A stretch of DNA of 64,000 bases from Rubripirellula sp. (GCA_965216875.1 OZ244207.1:352001-416000), one strand, 5' to 3'. Shown: positions 40,386-50,260, counted from the stretch's first letter. The notes: generated from the letters alone by a model not told the origin. Numbers and translations: made by a program.

Positions 40386-40469
40386 TCAACACACACAACA
40401 TGCCAAGCCCGGCTCGACAGAAGACTGCGAGTCGGATGAGGAAGCTGGTGAGGATGACGAAGGTTGCAT
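40386..40469 (-). CDS. Putative Ser-rich leader peptide, 27 aa (MQPSSSSPASSSDSQSSVEPGLACCVC)
   Basis: Short ORF ending 30 nt before the terminator; codons 18-22 carry a near-copy of the terminator 3' arm; weak AAGG SD. Confidence 0.6.
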   Translation of the reverse strand: MQPSSSSPASSSDSQSSVEPGLACCVC

Positions 40470-40656
40470 TGCAAAGACCTTTTGCGGAGGTGTCTCCAAA
40501 CGTTGGATCGCAATGCCAGACACGATGCCGGCAAAAGGGTTCGCATCAGTTTCGAGATCACGGCGAACCACGTGCCGTCCTTGCGTGTCCCCTGCATTGG
40601 AATCGAACGACGACTTCGCAACCTTTTTCGTACGCTTTGATCAAGCGTTGACATCT

Positions 40657-41910
40657 ATGGCGAATTTTGACGCTGGTTTCTTCAGCAAAGTTCTCGGGGA
40701 CAATGGGGCCGCTCTCACACTTCGCGTCGAGCGTTACCTCCGTGACGCGACGCCCAACGACGCACTTGTCGCTTGCAGCGATCTCGATGTTGAACAATAC
40801 AGCAGCCTTGGTCATTGCAGCTTGAGGCCCACCGAATCTCCGCCGCCCCATTTTTGTCGCTACTGGGGTGGCGAGGACCATGACCAGCTCTTCAGCTCTT
40901 TTGAGCAGGTGGTTTGGGAAGTGGATTGGCAAGATCAAACGCTTCAAGTCGTGAGTGTGCAATGGGAAACCAGTTGCGGTAGCAGCAGTCGCGATTGGAT
41001 TGTTGCTTCCTCAATCGAACTTGCCGAGGCGTTCTTGTTAGATGTCGAGCGAAAGACACATGCACCCGGCGAAGCGATTCTCGTCTTCAAGAACGGCTAC
41101 TGGCGGCGCAGCAGTGCGTTGTTCGAAACGGTTCAGTCGTCTTCATTCGATGATCTCGTCCTCGCCGACGATCTTAAACGCGTTATTCGTCAAGACTTCA
41201 ACCAGTTTCTCAAATCGGAAACGCGTTACAACCAATTGGGGATCGCATGGCGCCGGGGTGCACTGCTAATTGGTCCGCCTGGCAACGGCAAGACTCATTG
41301 TGTCCGCGCGCTGATTAAAGAGCTCGATGTCCCGTGCCTCTACGTGCAAAGCCTTGCTCACAGTCACTACACAAGTGAGCAGATGTGGGACCAAGTGTTT
41401 AGCCGCGCGCGAGGCCTTCGCCCCTGCGTGTTGGTGTTGGAGGACTTTGATTCTCTGGTCGATGACGAGAATCGTTCGTTTTTCCTAAACCAGTTGGACG
41501 GGTTTCAACGCAATCACGGGATGATGATCTTGGCGACGACGAATCATGTCGACCGAATTGATTCATCGATCGTGGATCGTCCCAGTCGATTCGATCGAAA
41601 GTACCATTTTCGCATTCCAACCAAAGCTCAACGCAGCGAATTTTTCTCCGGTTGGCAAAAACGGTTGGCCCAAGAAACGGGCTGGGATGACTCCGATATC
41701 GATCATTTGGCGATGGTGACAGATGGTTTCTCCTTTGCCTATCTCAAAGAACTCGTCGTCAGTTCAGTGATGCAATGGATGCACGATTCGAATGAAGACT
41801 TCTCTGCCGTTGCTTCGGCACAAGCAAGTCTGCTTGGTGCTCAAATGAAGACCGAAGTCGATGCTCCACCCGTCCGCCGCAGACGGCGACGCGACCGAGG
41901 CAGCACGTAG
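40657..41910 (+). CDS. AAA+ ATPase with uncharacterised N-terminal domain (417 aa)
   Basis: RRGALLIGPPGNGKT, VLVLEDFD, ATTN, DRPSRFD. Start reassigned to ATG 40657. Confidence 0.9.
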   Translation: MANFDAGFFSKVLGDNGAALTLRVERYLRDATPNDALVACSDLDVEQYSSLGHCSLRPTESPPPHFCRYWGGEDHDQLFSSFEQVVWEVDWQDQTLQVVSVQWETSCGSSSRDWIVASSIELAEAFLLDVERKTHAPGEAILVFKNGYWRRSSALFETVQSSSFDDLVLADDLKRVIRQDFNQFLKSETRYNQLGIAWRRGALLIGPPGNGKTHCVRALIKELDVPCLYVQSLAHSHYTSEQMWDQVFSRARGLRPCVLVLEDFDSLVDDENRSFFLNQLDGFQRNHGMMILATTNHVDRIDSSIVDRPSRFDRKYHFRIPTKAQRSEFFSGWQKRLAQETGWDDSDIDHLAMVTDGFSFAYLKELVVSSVMQWMHDSNEDFSAVASAQASLLGAQMKTEVDAPPVRRRRRRDRGST

Positions 41911-42235
41911 GGTGTGTGCTTGCACGCACCATGCTACTGCGGAAAAAACATCGGTCCATGGATAGGCTTGCCCCACGTAGGGTGTGTGCTTGCACGCACC
42001 TCGCGACGAACTGCCGGCTATTGACCCGTGCTTGGCACACTTTGAGTACGCCTGGGATCAGTAGACAAAAAGAAGGTGGACAGAAAGATGAAGGCGGACG
42101 TGCTGGTTGCGACGTCGCTTTGTGGACAAGATCGATTGGCCACGAAAAGCACGAGAAGACACGAAAAGAGCCTCGCAAAAAACCAACGGTCCATGGGCAG
42201 GCTTGCCCTACGTAGGGTGTGTGCTTGCACGCACC
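41907..42235 (+). repeat. BIME-like cluster with three GTAG REP copies
   Basis: GTAGGGTGTGTGCTTGCACGCACC at 41907-41930, 41977-42000 and 42212-42235. Confidence 0.92.
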
Positions 42236-42242
42236 AAGAGAC

Positions 42243-43589
42243 CTACTTTGGGCTGCCGGGTTGATCGACGTAGACGGGCTCGGGCAGGTTGTCTGGTTTG
42301 CGGATCACGGTGGCTGAGAGGATTCGGTCTGGTGGCAGAACGACCTCGCCCTTCTCTTTCTTCTTGCTCGGGTCAACTCGGCGAAGCGACGAAATCACAT
42401 CCATCCCTTCGATCACTCGGCCGAAGACCGTTTGATGGATGGGGACTTGAGTCATGGGAAGGAACAAGATTGCGAATTGCGAGTTGCCTGAGTTGGGAAC
42501 GAATTTTCCGGTCTTTTCGATCGGCTGCTTGGCCAGCACAAGGGAGCCGCGAAAGGCGTTGCGGGCGTTGGGGTTAGCATGCTCGTCCTTGACGAACGGC
42601 CCCTGAACTTGCAGAGAGGTTCCGTTCCCTTTGTCACCGGTCAGTGCAAGCAGGTTGTCCATCACTTGGTAGAAATCAAGCTCGTCATAGAAACCGGTTT
42701 CGACCAATTTCAGGAAGTGGCTCACCGTTGACGGCGCGCTGTCGAGAAAAAGTTCGACGACAACCTCACCACGCGTGGTGACAAATTTGACCCTTGGCTG
42801 GTTGTCGAGTTCAGCCTCTTTGTCGCGGATCAGTTTCTCTTCGCGGTATTGTTCTTCGAATTTATCGATCTGGTGAAACAGAGCGCGATCAGGTTCATCA
42901 AACTGTTCCTGGTCGAGTGCTTCGTACAGCCGACGCGCGACTTCGAATTCACCCGACACGACCGCCGATCTTGCTGCGGCATGAAACAGGAAGAGTCGTG
43001 GCATGCCGTTCTGGATCAGGCGGGCTCCGCCCTCGGCAGTACTGTAGTTGTAAATGTTCTGTTTCCCGCGATGCTCGATCACGGTCATGATGTACTGGAT
43101 GGCGTCCCTGTCGGGCTTGAATTGCACGACGTCGATGGCAGCCCTGTAGACCTCTTCCATCAGCCGCCGCGATTCGTTGCGGTGTTTGCGGTAGGCCTCT
43201 TTCGCCTGCTTGCTGCGATCAACGTCATTCAAAAAACGAACGTGTAGCGCTCGCTGCTGGCCAAGCGACTCCTCGAGTTGTTTGCGTAGCTCAACGAAGC
43301 GCGCGTCCGCTTTGTCGGCTTCTTCGCGGTACTCTTCCGGCACCACGTAATCCTCAGGAGAAAGCTGTTGGTTTTCGGAAACGCTGACGCTGTCGTCGGC
43401 GAGTTCCGACGGAGGAAGCGGCGCGGATTCGTCGGCCGATTGCGGCAACCCCGTGGTGGGCTTGGTGCCAGCGCGATCAAAAGACGGGTCCTGACTCGAG
43501 CCGTTTTCGGCAAGACCCAAGAGCGTGGCGAGGCAGACGCCCCCGATGAGGTGTAGGGGATGTCGTTTGACGCTGGCGAACAGAGACAT
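42243..43589 (-). CDS. Exported cyclophilin-type peptidyl-prolyl isomerase-like protein with helical N-terminal domain
   Basis: TTRGEVVVELF..AP.TV..F..LV..GFYD, SGNSQF, TVFGRVIEGMDVI. Start set at ATG 43589. Confidence 0.85.
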   Translation of the reverse strand: MSLFASVKRHPLHLIGGVCLATLLGLAENGSSQDPSFDRAGTKPTTGLPQSADESAPLPPSELADDSVSVSENQQLSPEDYVVPEEYREEADKADARFVELRKQLEESLGQQRALHVRFLNDVDRSKQAKEAYRKHRNESRRLMEEVYRAAIDVVQFKPDRDAIQYIMTVIEHRGKQNIYNYSTAEGGARLIQNGMPRLFLFHAAARSAVVSGEFEVARRLYEALDQEQFDEPDRALFHQIDKFEEQYREEKLIRDKEAELDNQPRVKFVTTRGEVVVELFLDSAPSTVSHFLKLVETGFYDELDFYQVMDNLLALTGDKGNGTSLQVQGPFVKDEHANPNARNAFRGSLVLAKQPIEKTGKFVPNSGNSQFAILFLPMTQVPIHQTVFGRVIEGMDVISSLRRVDPSKKKEKGEVVLPPDRILSATVIRKPDNLPEPVYVDQPGSPK

Positions 43590-43757
43590 GGAAAGGGAAC
43601 CTGGGGCAAAAACAGGGACGGGCCATCGGGAAAAAAGACCCAACTCGACTGCTACGCAGCGAGGAAGCGATCGGTTTTCCACCTGCGGGCAATCTCGCCA
43701 AGAAAGTGACAATCAAGGTCCTTCTCGGCTCTGGAGGGCACTTTATACTAGGGCCTC

Positions 43758-44444
43758 ATGAACGGAAAACGTAGCAAAAAAGGAAAGGCGACGCCCGCAA
43801 AACTGCGGGTCATTGGTGGCGATCTGCGCGGTCGCCCGATCGAATACCACGGCGAGGAATTCACTCGCCCGATGAAAGACAATATCCGCGAAAACCTATT
43901 CAATATTCTTGGTCGCGCGGTTCGCGGGGCACGTTGCTTTGACCTTTTCGCGGGCACGGGGGCTCTTGCGATTGAGTCGATTTCGCGGGGAGCCATTGCC
44001 TCGATTGCCGTCGAACGCAACCGCATGGCTAGTCGCGTGATCGCGAAAAATGCAGACCGCTTGCCTCTCGGCGACAAGCTGCAGGTCTTGACCGGCGATA
44101 CCTTTCAAATCGGGCCGCAATTGCTCGCCCCGCCGACCGATGACACGCCGTGGATCGTCTACCTTTGCCCTCCCTACGTGCTGTGGGAAGAATCGCTTGA
44201 TCCACTTTGCAAATTGATTCAGCTAACGCTCGACAACGCTCCTCCAGGCAGCGTTTTGGTTGCCGAGACCGAAAAGCGTTTTGATCACGACCGATTGCCT
44301 GCTGGCGATTGGGATCTCCGCGAATATGGTGGTACGCGACTCGCATTCATCGAGCCAGCGATGCGATGCGGGCTTGAGCTCGACGCGTGTGACACCATCG
44401 ACTTCGCGACCGACCAATCCGATCACGAATCCCACCTCGACTAA
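43758..44444 (+). CDS. rsmD: RsmD-family rRNA methyltransferase
   Basis: LRVIGG, TRP....RENLFNIL, DLFAGTGALAIESISRGA, CPPY. Confidence 0.9.
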   Translation: MNGKRSKKGKATPAKLRVIGGDLRGRPIEYHGEEFTRPMKDNIRENLFNILGRAVRGARCFDLFAGTGALAIESISRGAIASIAVERNRMASRVIAKNADRLPLGDKLQVLTGDTFQIGPQLLAPPTDDTPWIVYLCPPYVLWEESLDPLCKLIQLTLDNAPPGSVLVAETEKRFDHDRLPAGDWDLREYGGTRLAFIEPAMRCGLELDACDTIDFATDQSDHESHLD

Positions 44445-44477
44445 CCCGCCTTCCCTTTTCCCGCCTGGACCAAAACC

Positions 44478-46568
44478 ATGAAGAACGCTGCGTTTGCAGT
44501 CGGCGTCATCGTTGCGCTTGCACTTCTTTCTCACTCACGAACGTTTGCTGACCAACCATCCGTCGACGCCGACGTCGTGATCTATGGGAACACGTCCGCC
44601 GGCGTGATCACTGCTGTGCAAGTTGCCAAGATGAATCGGTCCGTCATCCTGGTTGGCCCGGACAAACACCTCGGTGGCCTTTCCTCAGGCGGTCTCGGTT
44701 GGACGGACTCAGGCAAGAAAGAAACCATCGGTGGGCTCGCTCGCGATTTCTACCACCGCGTTTGGAAGCACTACGACCGATCGGACGCGTGGCGTTGGCA
44801 AAAGAAAGAAGCGTATGGCAATCGTGGCCAGGGGACAGCAGCGATCGACAAGGACCAACGGACGATGTGGATTTTCGAGCCCCATGTTGCCGAGACGATT
44901 TTTGAAGACTTGATCCGCGAAAACGAGATCACGCTCTTTCGCGACCAATGGCTCGATCGTGATTCGGGTGTCACCAAATCGGACGGTCGCATTCGCGAAA
45001 TTCGCATGCTTAGCGGCAAAGCGTTTCGCGCCAAAATGTTCATCGATGCAACGTACGAAGGTGACCTGCTTGCTGCTGCGGGAATCGACTACCACGTCGG
45101 ACGCGAAGGAAAGGATGTCTACGGCGAACGCTGGAACGGAGTGCAGGTGGGTGTGCTGCACCACAAGCATTGGTTTCAAGCCCCGGTCAGTGCCTATGTG
45201 GTTCCCGGTGATCCGACCAGCGGAGTGTTACCCAAAATCTCGACCGAACCACCTGGAACGAAAGGCGAAAGTGACAAACGTGTTCAAGCCTATTGTTTTC
45301 GCATGTGCCTAACGAACGTTGACGAGAACCGCGTGCCGTTTGCGAAGCCTGATGGCTACGATCCTGCACAGTACGAATTGTTGCGCCGCGTCTTTGCCTC
45401 GGGGTGGCGGGAGGTTTTTAACAAGTTCGACCCCATCCCCAATGGCAAGACCGACACAAACAACCACGGTCCGTTTAGCACCGACAATATCGGAATGAAC
45501 TACGACTATCCCGACGGCAGCTACGAGCGCCGCAAGGAAATCATCGCCGAGCACCGTCAGTACCAGCAGGGTTTGATGTACTTCTTGGCCAACGATCCAA
45601 GCGTTCCCGAAGACATCCGCAGCAAGATGATTACCTGGGGATTGTCAAAGGACGAGTTCAAGGACAATGGGAATTGGCCGCACCAGATTTATGTTCGCGA
45701 AGCCCGTCGCATGGTGGGTAAGCATGTGATGACCGAACACGATTGCATGGGAGCTCGCGAGGTGACCGACTCGGTTGGCATGGGCTCTTACACGCTCGAC
45801 TCGCACAATGTTCAACGTTACATCAAACCTGATGGTACCGTTCAAAACGAAGGCGACATCGGTGTGCATCCCGGCCGTCCCTATCGCATCTCGTACGCGA
45901 GTTTGGTCCCCAAGAAACAGCAGTGCGAGAACCTTTTGGTCCCGGTTTGCCTGTCGAGTTCGCACATCGCATTCGGATCGATTCGCATGGAGCCTGTGTT
46001 CATGATTCTAGGTCAATCGGCGGCGACGGCAGCGGTGATGTCGATCGAACAAGAGATCGCAGTTCAAGACCTCCAATACAACGCTCTCTCAAAGCGATTA
46101 AAAGCGGACAAGCAAGTGCTGGTCTACGACGGCCCGGCCGTTTCGCATGGCGGCATTGATCCCCGGGAACTCGAGGGCATCGTGCTCGATGATCGCAAAG
46201 CCAAGAAGACAGGAACGTGGTCGGAAAGTCACGCCGTTGGGCCGTTTGTCGGTTCGGGCTATTTGCACGATGGTGACCAAGACAAGGGGAAGTCGGCGAT
46301 TCAATGGACCGTCGAACTTCCCAAGGCAGGACGTTACGAAGTGCGAGTAGCCTACTCGCCGAACCAAAATCGCGCCGCTGCCGTGAAGGTCTCGGTCGGT
46401 GATTCAGGCGTTGCGATCAACCAACGCAAGAAACCCGCAATCGACGGCCTTTGGCATTCGTTGGGCGTTTTCGAGTTGAGTGATTCGGTGACCATTCGAA
46501 TCAGCAACCAAGGGACCACCGGGCATGTGATCGCAGACGCGGTCCAGCTGATTCCTCGCGGGCAATGA
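44478..46568 (+). CDS. Secreted FAD-dependent oxidoreductase with C-terminal carbohydrate-binding-like (golvesin/xanthan lyase-type) domain
   Basis: DVVIYG, GGLSSGGLG, FIDATYEGDL, YVREARR, SSSHIAFGSIRMEP; C-terminal VIADAVQL. Confidence 0.88.
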   Translation: MKNAAFAVGVIVALALLSHSRTFADQPSVDADVVIYGNTSAGVITAVQVAKMNRSVILVGPDKHLGGLSSGGLGWTDSGKKETIGGLARDFYHRVWKHYDRSDAWRWQKKEAYGNRGQGTAAIDKDQRTMWIFEPHVAETIFEDLIRENEITLFRDQWLDRDSGVTKSDGRIREIRMLSGKAFRAKMFIDATYEGDLLAAAGIDYHVGREGKDVYGERWNGVQVGVLHHKHWFQAPVSAYVVPGDPTSGVLPKISTEPPGTKGESDKRVQAYCFRMCLTNVDENRVPFAKPDGYDPAQYELLRRVFASGWREVFNKFDPIPNGKTDTNNHGPFSTDNIGMNYDYPDGSYERRKEIIAEHRQYQQGLMYFLANDPSVPEDIRSKMITWGLSKDEFKDNGNWPHQIYVREARRMVGKHVMTEHDCMGAREVTDSVGMGSYTLDSHNVQRYIKPDGTVQNEGDIGVHPGRPYRISYASLVPKKQQCENLLVPVCLSSSHIAFGSIRMEPVFMILGQSAATAAVMSIEQEIAVQDLQYNALSKRLKADKQVLVYDGPAVSHGGIDPRELEGIVLDDRKAKKTGTWSESHAVGPFVGSGYLHDGDQDKGKSAIQWTVELPKAGRYEVRVAYSPNQNRAAAVKVSVGDSGVAINQRKKPAIDGLWHSLGVFELSDSVTIRISNQGTTGHVIADAVQLIPRGQ

Positions 46569-46593
46569 GGATTGTGAGCGGCAAGACGCTAGC

Positions 46594-46829
46594 CGCTCAG
46601 GAAGATTGGTGCGTGCAAGCACACACCCTACGAAATTCGGTAGTGCCTGTGAGCCGCTGGCCGTGAGGCCTCGGGCCCTTGCCGACTGGATCGGCGATCG
46701 CTCAGGAAGATTGGTGCGTGCAAGCACACACCCTACGAAATTCGGTAGTGGCCGTGAGTCCTCGGGCCCTTGCCCATCGGATCGGCGATCGCTCAGGAAG
46801 ATTGGTGCGTGCAAGCACACACCCTACGA
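46594..46829 (-). repeat. Tandem BIME-like cluster: three 40-bp units containing the GTAG REP
   Basis: CGCTCAGGAAGATTGGTGCGTGCAAGCACACACCCTACGA at 46594, 46699 and 46790; the spacers resemble each other. Confidence 0.92.
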
Positions 46830-48614
46830 TTGTCCGAGTGATTCGGCGAAGGCGGCTTTGAGTTTTTCGAGGGCTTCGGCGCCTTTGGAGGCGTCGATGA
46901 CGGCGTTCACTTGCAACTCACTGGTGTTGATCATTTCGACATTGATGTTGCAAGCGGCCAGTTGTTCGAAAAGCAGCGTTGCGACATGGGTGTGACTGCG
47001 AAGGCCAATTCCGCTGACCGTCACTTTGGTGATGTCGCCTGCACCTTGAACATCGCGCATGCCATGTTTGGATTGGATTTCTTTGCCAACCGCAACGCTT
47101 TGATCCAGGTCGTCTGCATTGACCGTGAAGCTGACGCTGGTGGAACCGTCTTCGCCATCGTAGCCTTGGACAATCATGTCCACAAAGATGTCCGCTTGCC
47201 CAATCGTTTCGAACATGTCTGCGGCGATGCCCGGATGATCGGGCACGCCATGTAAGGTGACGCGAGCTTGTCCCTCGGTAAGTGAAATGCCGGTCAAGGT
47301 AAGGGCTTCGAGTTCGTCGTCTCGCAGTCGCGCGACCAACGTTTCGACGTCCGCCTTTTCGCGGTCGGCTTTGATCTCGCTCCACGATTTGGCATCATCT
47401 GGACGCTGGTGAAGCGAAAAGGCTTCGTGAACGGCACGCAACGCATCGGCAGCTTGATCGCGCGGCACGAGTGCTGACGTTTTGATTTCGCTTGTCGTGA
47501 TCATTTGAATGTTCACGTTGGCATCGGCAAGTGCGCGAAACATCTGCGAGGCGACGGCGGTCTGGGTGGCCATGTTCAAGCCAACCGCCGACACTTTGGA
47601 GACTTGGTCATCATGCGTGATGCCTTGCGCGCCAACTTCTTCCATCACCGCTTCGACGGCCGCAATCGTCGTCTCGAGTTCGGCACTTGGCACGGTGAAC
47701 GAAACATCGGCGCGCCCTTCGTTTCCGACGTTTTGCACGACCATGTCGACAGCGATCTTGCGTTTGGCGATTGCTGAGAAAATCTGCAAGCTCTTACCCG
47801 GGACGTCTGGCACGCCAAGGACGGTGACGCGAGCTTCATCGGGAGTAAGTGCCGCGCCGCTGACCGGTTGGGTCGACGATTCCGCTTCGGCAACAATCAT
47901 CGTCCCTTCGGTGTCCGAAAAGCTGCTGCGAACATGGATCGGCACACCGAACTTTTTGGCGAATTCGATCGAACGGCTGTGCATCACACCCGCTCCGAGG
48001 CTGGCCAGTTCAAGCATCTCGTCGTAACTGATGACTTCGACGCGACGGGCTTCGGGCAACTTGCGCGGGTCGGTTGTGTAGACGCCGTCCACATCGGTGT
48101 AGATTTCACAGGCATCGGCACCCAAAACAGCGGCCAAGGCGACGGCGGTTGTGTCGCTGCCACCGCGACCGAGTGTGGTGATGTTCAAATCGTCGTCGAT
48201 ACCTTGGAATCCTGCGGCAACCACGATGTTGCCTTCTTCGAGTAGCCGTTCGATCCGTTCGGTGCTGATCGATTGGATGCGTGCCTTGGAAAAGCTATTG
48301 TCGGTCTTCATGCCGATTTGACCGCCAGTCAGACTGACCGCTTTGGCGCCCAGGTCGTGGATCGCCATGGCAACCAGTGCAACACTGACTTGTTCGCCGG
48401 TGCTTAGCAGCATGTCCATTTCGCGAGCCGACGGTTTTTCGCATACGTCGCTTGCCAAGCCGAGCAACAGGTCGGTGTTTTTGCCCATTGCGCTGACAAC
48501 CATCACGACTTGATGACCTTGGCGCTGAGCGCGAATCGCTTTGCGTGCGGCGGCTCGAATCTTTTCCACATCGGCAACGCTGGTGCCGCCGAACTTTTGA
48601 ACAATCAGAGACAT
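46824..48614 (-). CDS. lysC: Aspartate kinase with duplicated ACT regions
   Basis: VQKFGGTSV, VVSAMG, TTLGRGGSD, IYTDVDG; two ACT-pair repeats. Confidence 0.95.
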   Translation of the reverse strand: MSLIVQKFGGTSVADVEKIRAAARKAIRAQRQGHQVVMVVSAMGKNTDLLLGLASDVCEKPSAREMDMLLSTGEQVSVALVAMAIHDLGAKAVSLTGGQIGMKTDNSFSKARIQSISTERIERLLEEGNIVVAAGFQGIDDDLNITTLGRGGSDTTAVALAAVLGADACEIYTDVDGVYTTDPRKLPEARRVEVISYDEMLELASLGAGVMHSRSIEFAKKFGVPIHVRSSFSDTEGTMIVAEAESSTQPVSGAALTPDEARVTVLGVPDVPGKSLQIFSAIAKRKIAVDMVVQNVGNEGRADVSFTVPSAELETTIAAVEAVMEEVGAQGITHDDQVSKVSAVGLNMATQTAVASQMFRALADANVNIQMITTSEIKTSALVPRDQAADALRAVHEAFSLHQRPDDAKSWSEIKADREKADVETLVARLRDDELEALTLTGISLTEGQARVTLHGVPDHPGIAADMFETIGQADIFVDMIVQGYDGEDGSTSVSFTVNADDLDQSVAVGKEIQSKHGMRDVQGAGDITKVTVSGIGLRSHTHVATLLFEQLAACNINVEMINTSELQVNAVIDASKGAEALEKLKAAFAESLGQS

Positions 48615-48690
48615 TGAATTTCTAGGTACGACAAATCGGAATCAATAAACTGGAATCGGTGCGTTCAATAGACGAAGGCTTCGAGAGCCA

Positions 48691-49911
48691 TCATCCTTTG
48701 ATGAACGCGTCCATCAAGTCCCATCCATGATCAAAACGACGACCGCTCGCTTCGGCGGCGACCTCGTCGTAAGTCTCCTGCGAGTCGGTCTCGACGCCCG
48801 TGCCATTGATCACCAGCGGAACCATGCCGTGGCTGTGTTTTTTGGTGCTGCAGCGTGTTGGATGGTCTGGGGTCACCAGAATCCGGTGATCACCATGTTG
48901 TTTGAGCGCCTCGGTCAAGGGCACGACGATGTGCTTTTCAATCTCTTCGAGCGCTTCGATCTTGGCGTCGTGTCGGCCTTCGTGGGAAGCTTCGTCAGGC
49001 GCTTCGATGTGAATGCAAACAACGTCATAGTCGTTGAGGGCTTCGACGGCGGCGCGTCCTTTGGCGGCATAGTCGGTGTCGAGGTAGCCGGTGGCACCTT
49101 CGACTTCGATTCGTGGCCAGCCAACCAGTGCACCGATCCCTCGCAGCAGGTCGACCGCCGTAATCATCACGCCGCGAACGCCATAACGTTCTTCGAACGA
49201 CGGAAGATTGGGAGCGCCGCCGAGACCCCAAAGCCACAAATTGGTGACCGGGCGCTTGCCGTCGGCGATTCGTTTTTGGTTGACGGGATGGTTGGCAAAC
49301 AGCTCGGCCGATTCGCTCATCAGACGGACCAGCGTGTCACTGCCAGGACCACGTGGGAAATCATCACTGACACTCAGGTCGGTGAGATCGTGCGGGGCCG
49401 AGGTGCGAGTTTCTTTGGAAAAGGGTGCTGGGGTCGATGCGTCGCCGCGATAGATCAAGAGGTTGCGATAGCTGACGCCAGGGACGAACTCCATGCGAGA
49501 ATCGATCGGGCCATCGCCGAGCAATTCTTGCTGGGCCGCTTCCAGGAGTGCTTTGCCTTCCTCGCTGGTGACGTGATCGGCGGTAAAGTCGACCATGATC
49601 TGGTCTTGAATCGTTACCAGATTGCATCGGACCGCCCAATCGTGAGGGCCAAGGGTGACGCCTTGTGCGGCAGCTTCGAGCGGCGCGCGTCCGGTGAAAT
49701 AGACGTCCGGGTCGTAGCCGAGCAGGCACAGGTTCGCAACTTCGCTGCCAGCGGGAAGGTGGTCGGGCGTGTTGTTGGCTGCAGCAACCATGCCGCCTTT
49801 GGCCAGGGCATCGAGTGCCGGCAAATTGGCTGCCTGGAGCGGAGTCTTACCACCGAGTTCTTCAATGGGATCGTCGGCGCACCCGTCGGGGATGACGATT
49901 ACGTATTTCAT
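48691..49911 (-). CDS. Cofactor-independent phosphoglycerate mutase family (ApgM-like) protein, possible homoserine kinase
   Basis: PDGCAD, GKTPL, GSEVANL, GRAPLEA, APDEASH, DH; directly upstream of lysC. Start ATG 49911. Confidence 0.88.
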   Translation of the reverse strand: MKYVIVIPDGCADDPIEELGGKTPLQAANLPALDALAKGGMVAAANNTPDHLPAGSEVANLCLLGYDPDVYFTGRAPLEAAAQGVTLGPHDWAVRCNLVTIQDQIMVDFTADHVTSEEGKALLEAAQQELLGDGPIDSRMEFVPGVSYRNLLIYRGDASTPAPFSKETRTSAPHDLTDLSVSDDFPRGPGSDTLVRLMSESAELFANHPVNQKRIADGKRPVTNLWLWGLGGAPNLPSFEERYGVRGVMITAVDLLRGIGALVGWPRIEVEGATGYLDTDYAAKGRAAVEALNDYDVVCIHIEAPDEASHEGRHDAKIEALEEIEKHIVVPLTEALKQHGDHRILVTPDHPTRCSTKKHSHGMVPLVINGTGVETDSQETYDEVAAEASGRRFDHGWDLMDAFIKG

Positions 49912-50260
49912 TTTGAGTCCTTCTTGCCCCTTCATTTGTTTGTAGTTCCGCCCAAAAAGGGGCGGGAATCTGGTCAAAGCCAGTACTACGAACGGGCGCA
50001 AACGTACATTCGATTCTCTCGAGGAGGTCTCCAGTGTCTCCGTCGATCGGCAAACACGAAAGGGGACGTCATCGGCGGGAAAACCGGTGTATTCCGACTA
50101 TCTGGCGCGACCGGGGCTCGATTGCGGGTCGACCGACGCTTGCTTCCGCTACAGCGGGGGAAGATTCGATTCGCGACCTAGGTTTCATCAGTTGTCGTTT
50201 CACCGCGTCGCCAGGCCATCGGCACCGCCGCGGCTGCCGTATTTTATTGCCATCGCCATC

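Noticed and set aside
40213..40656. N-terminal extensions of the AAA+ ORF (from 40213) and the tuf ORF (from 40343)
   Set aside because: They overlap each other and the attenuator. tuf has a clear GGAGG SD before 40145, and ATG 40657 gives a more plausible ATPase start
46594..46829. Three 40-bp direct repeats resembling a CRISPR array
   Set aside because: The spacers are near-copies of each other and differ in length (65 and 51 bp), the repeat core is a dispersed REP also found at 41907-42235, and no cas genes are present
48727..50181. Long antisense ORFs (48727-50181 +, 61217-62911 -, 52840-53712 +, 54327-55202 -)
   Set aside because: They are shadow frames of well-supported genes in GC-rich DNA and carry no motifs
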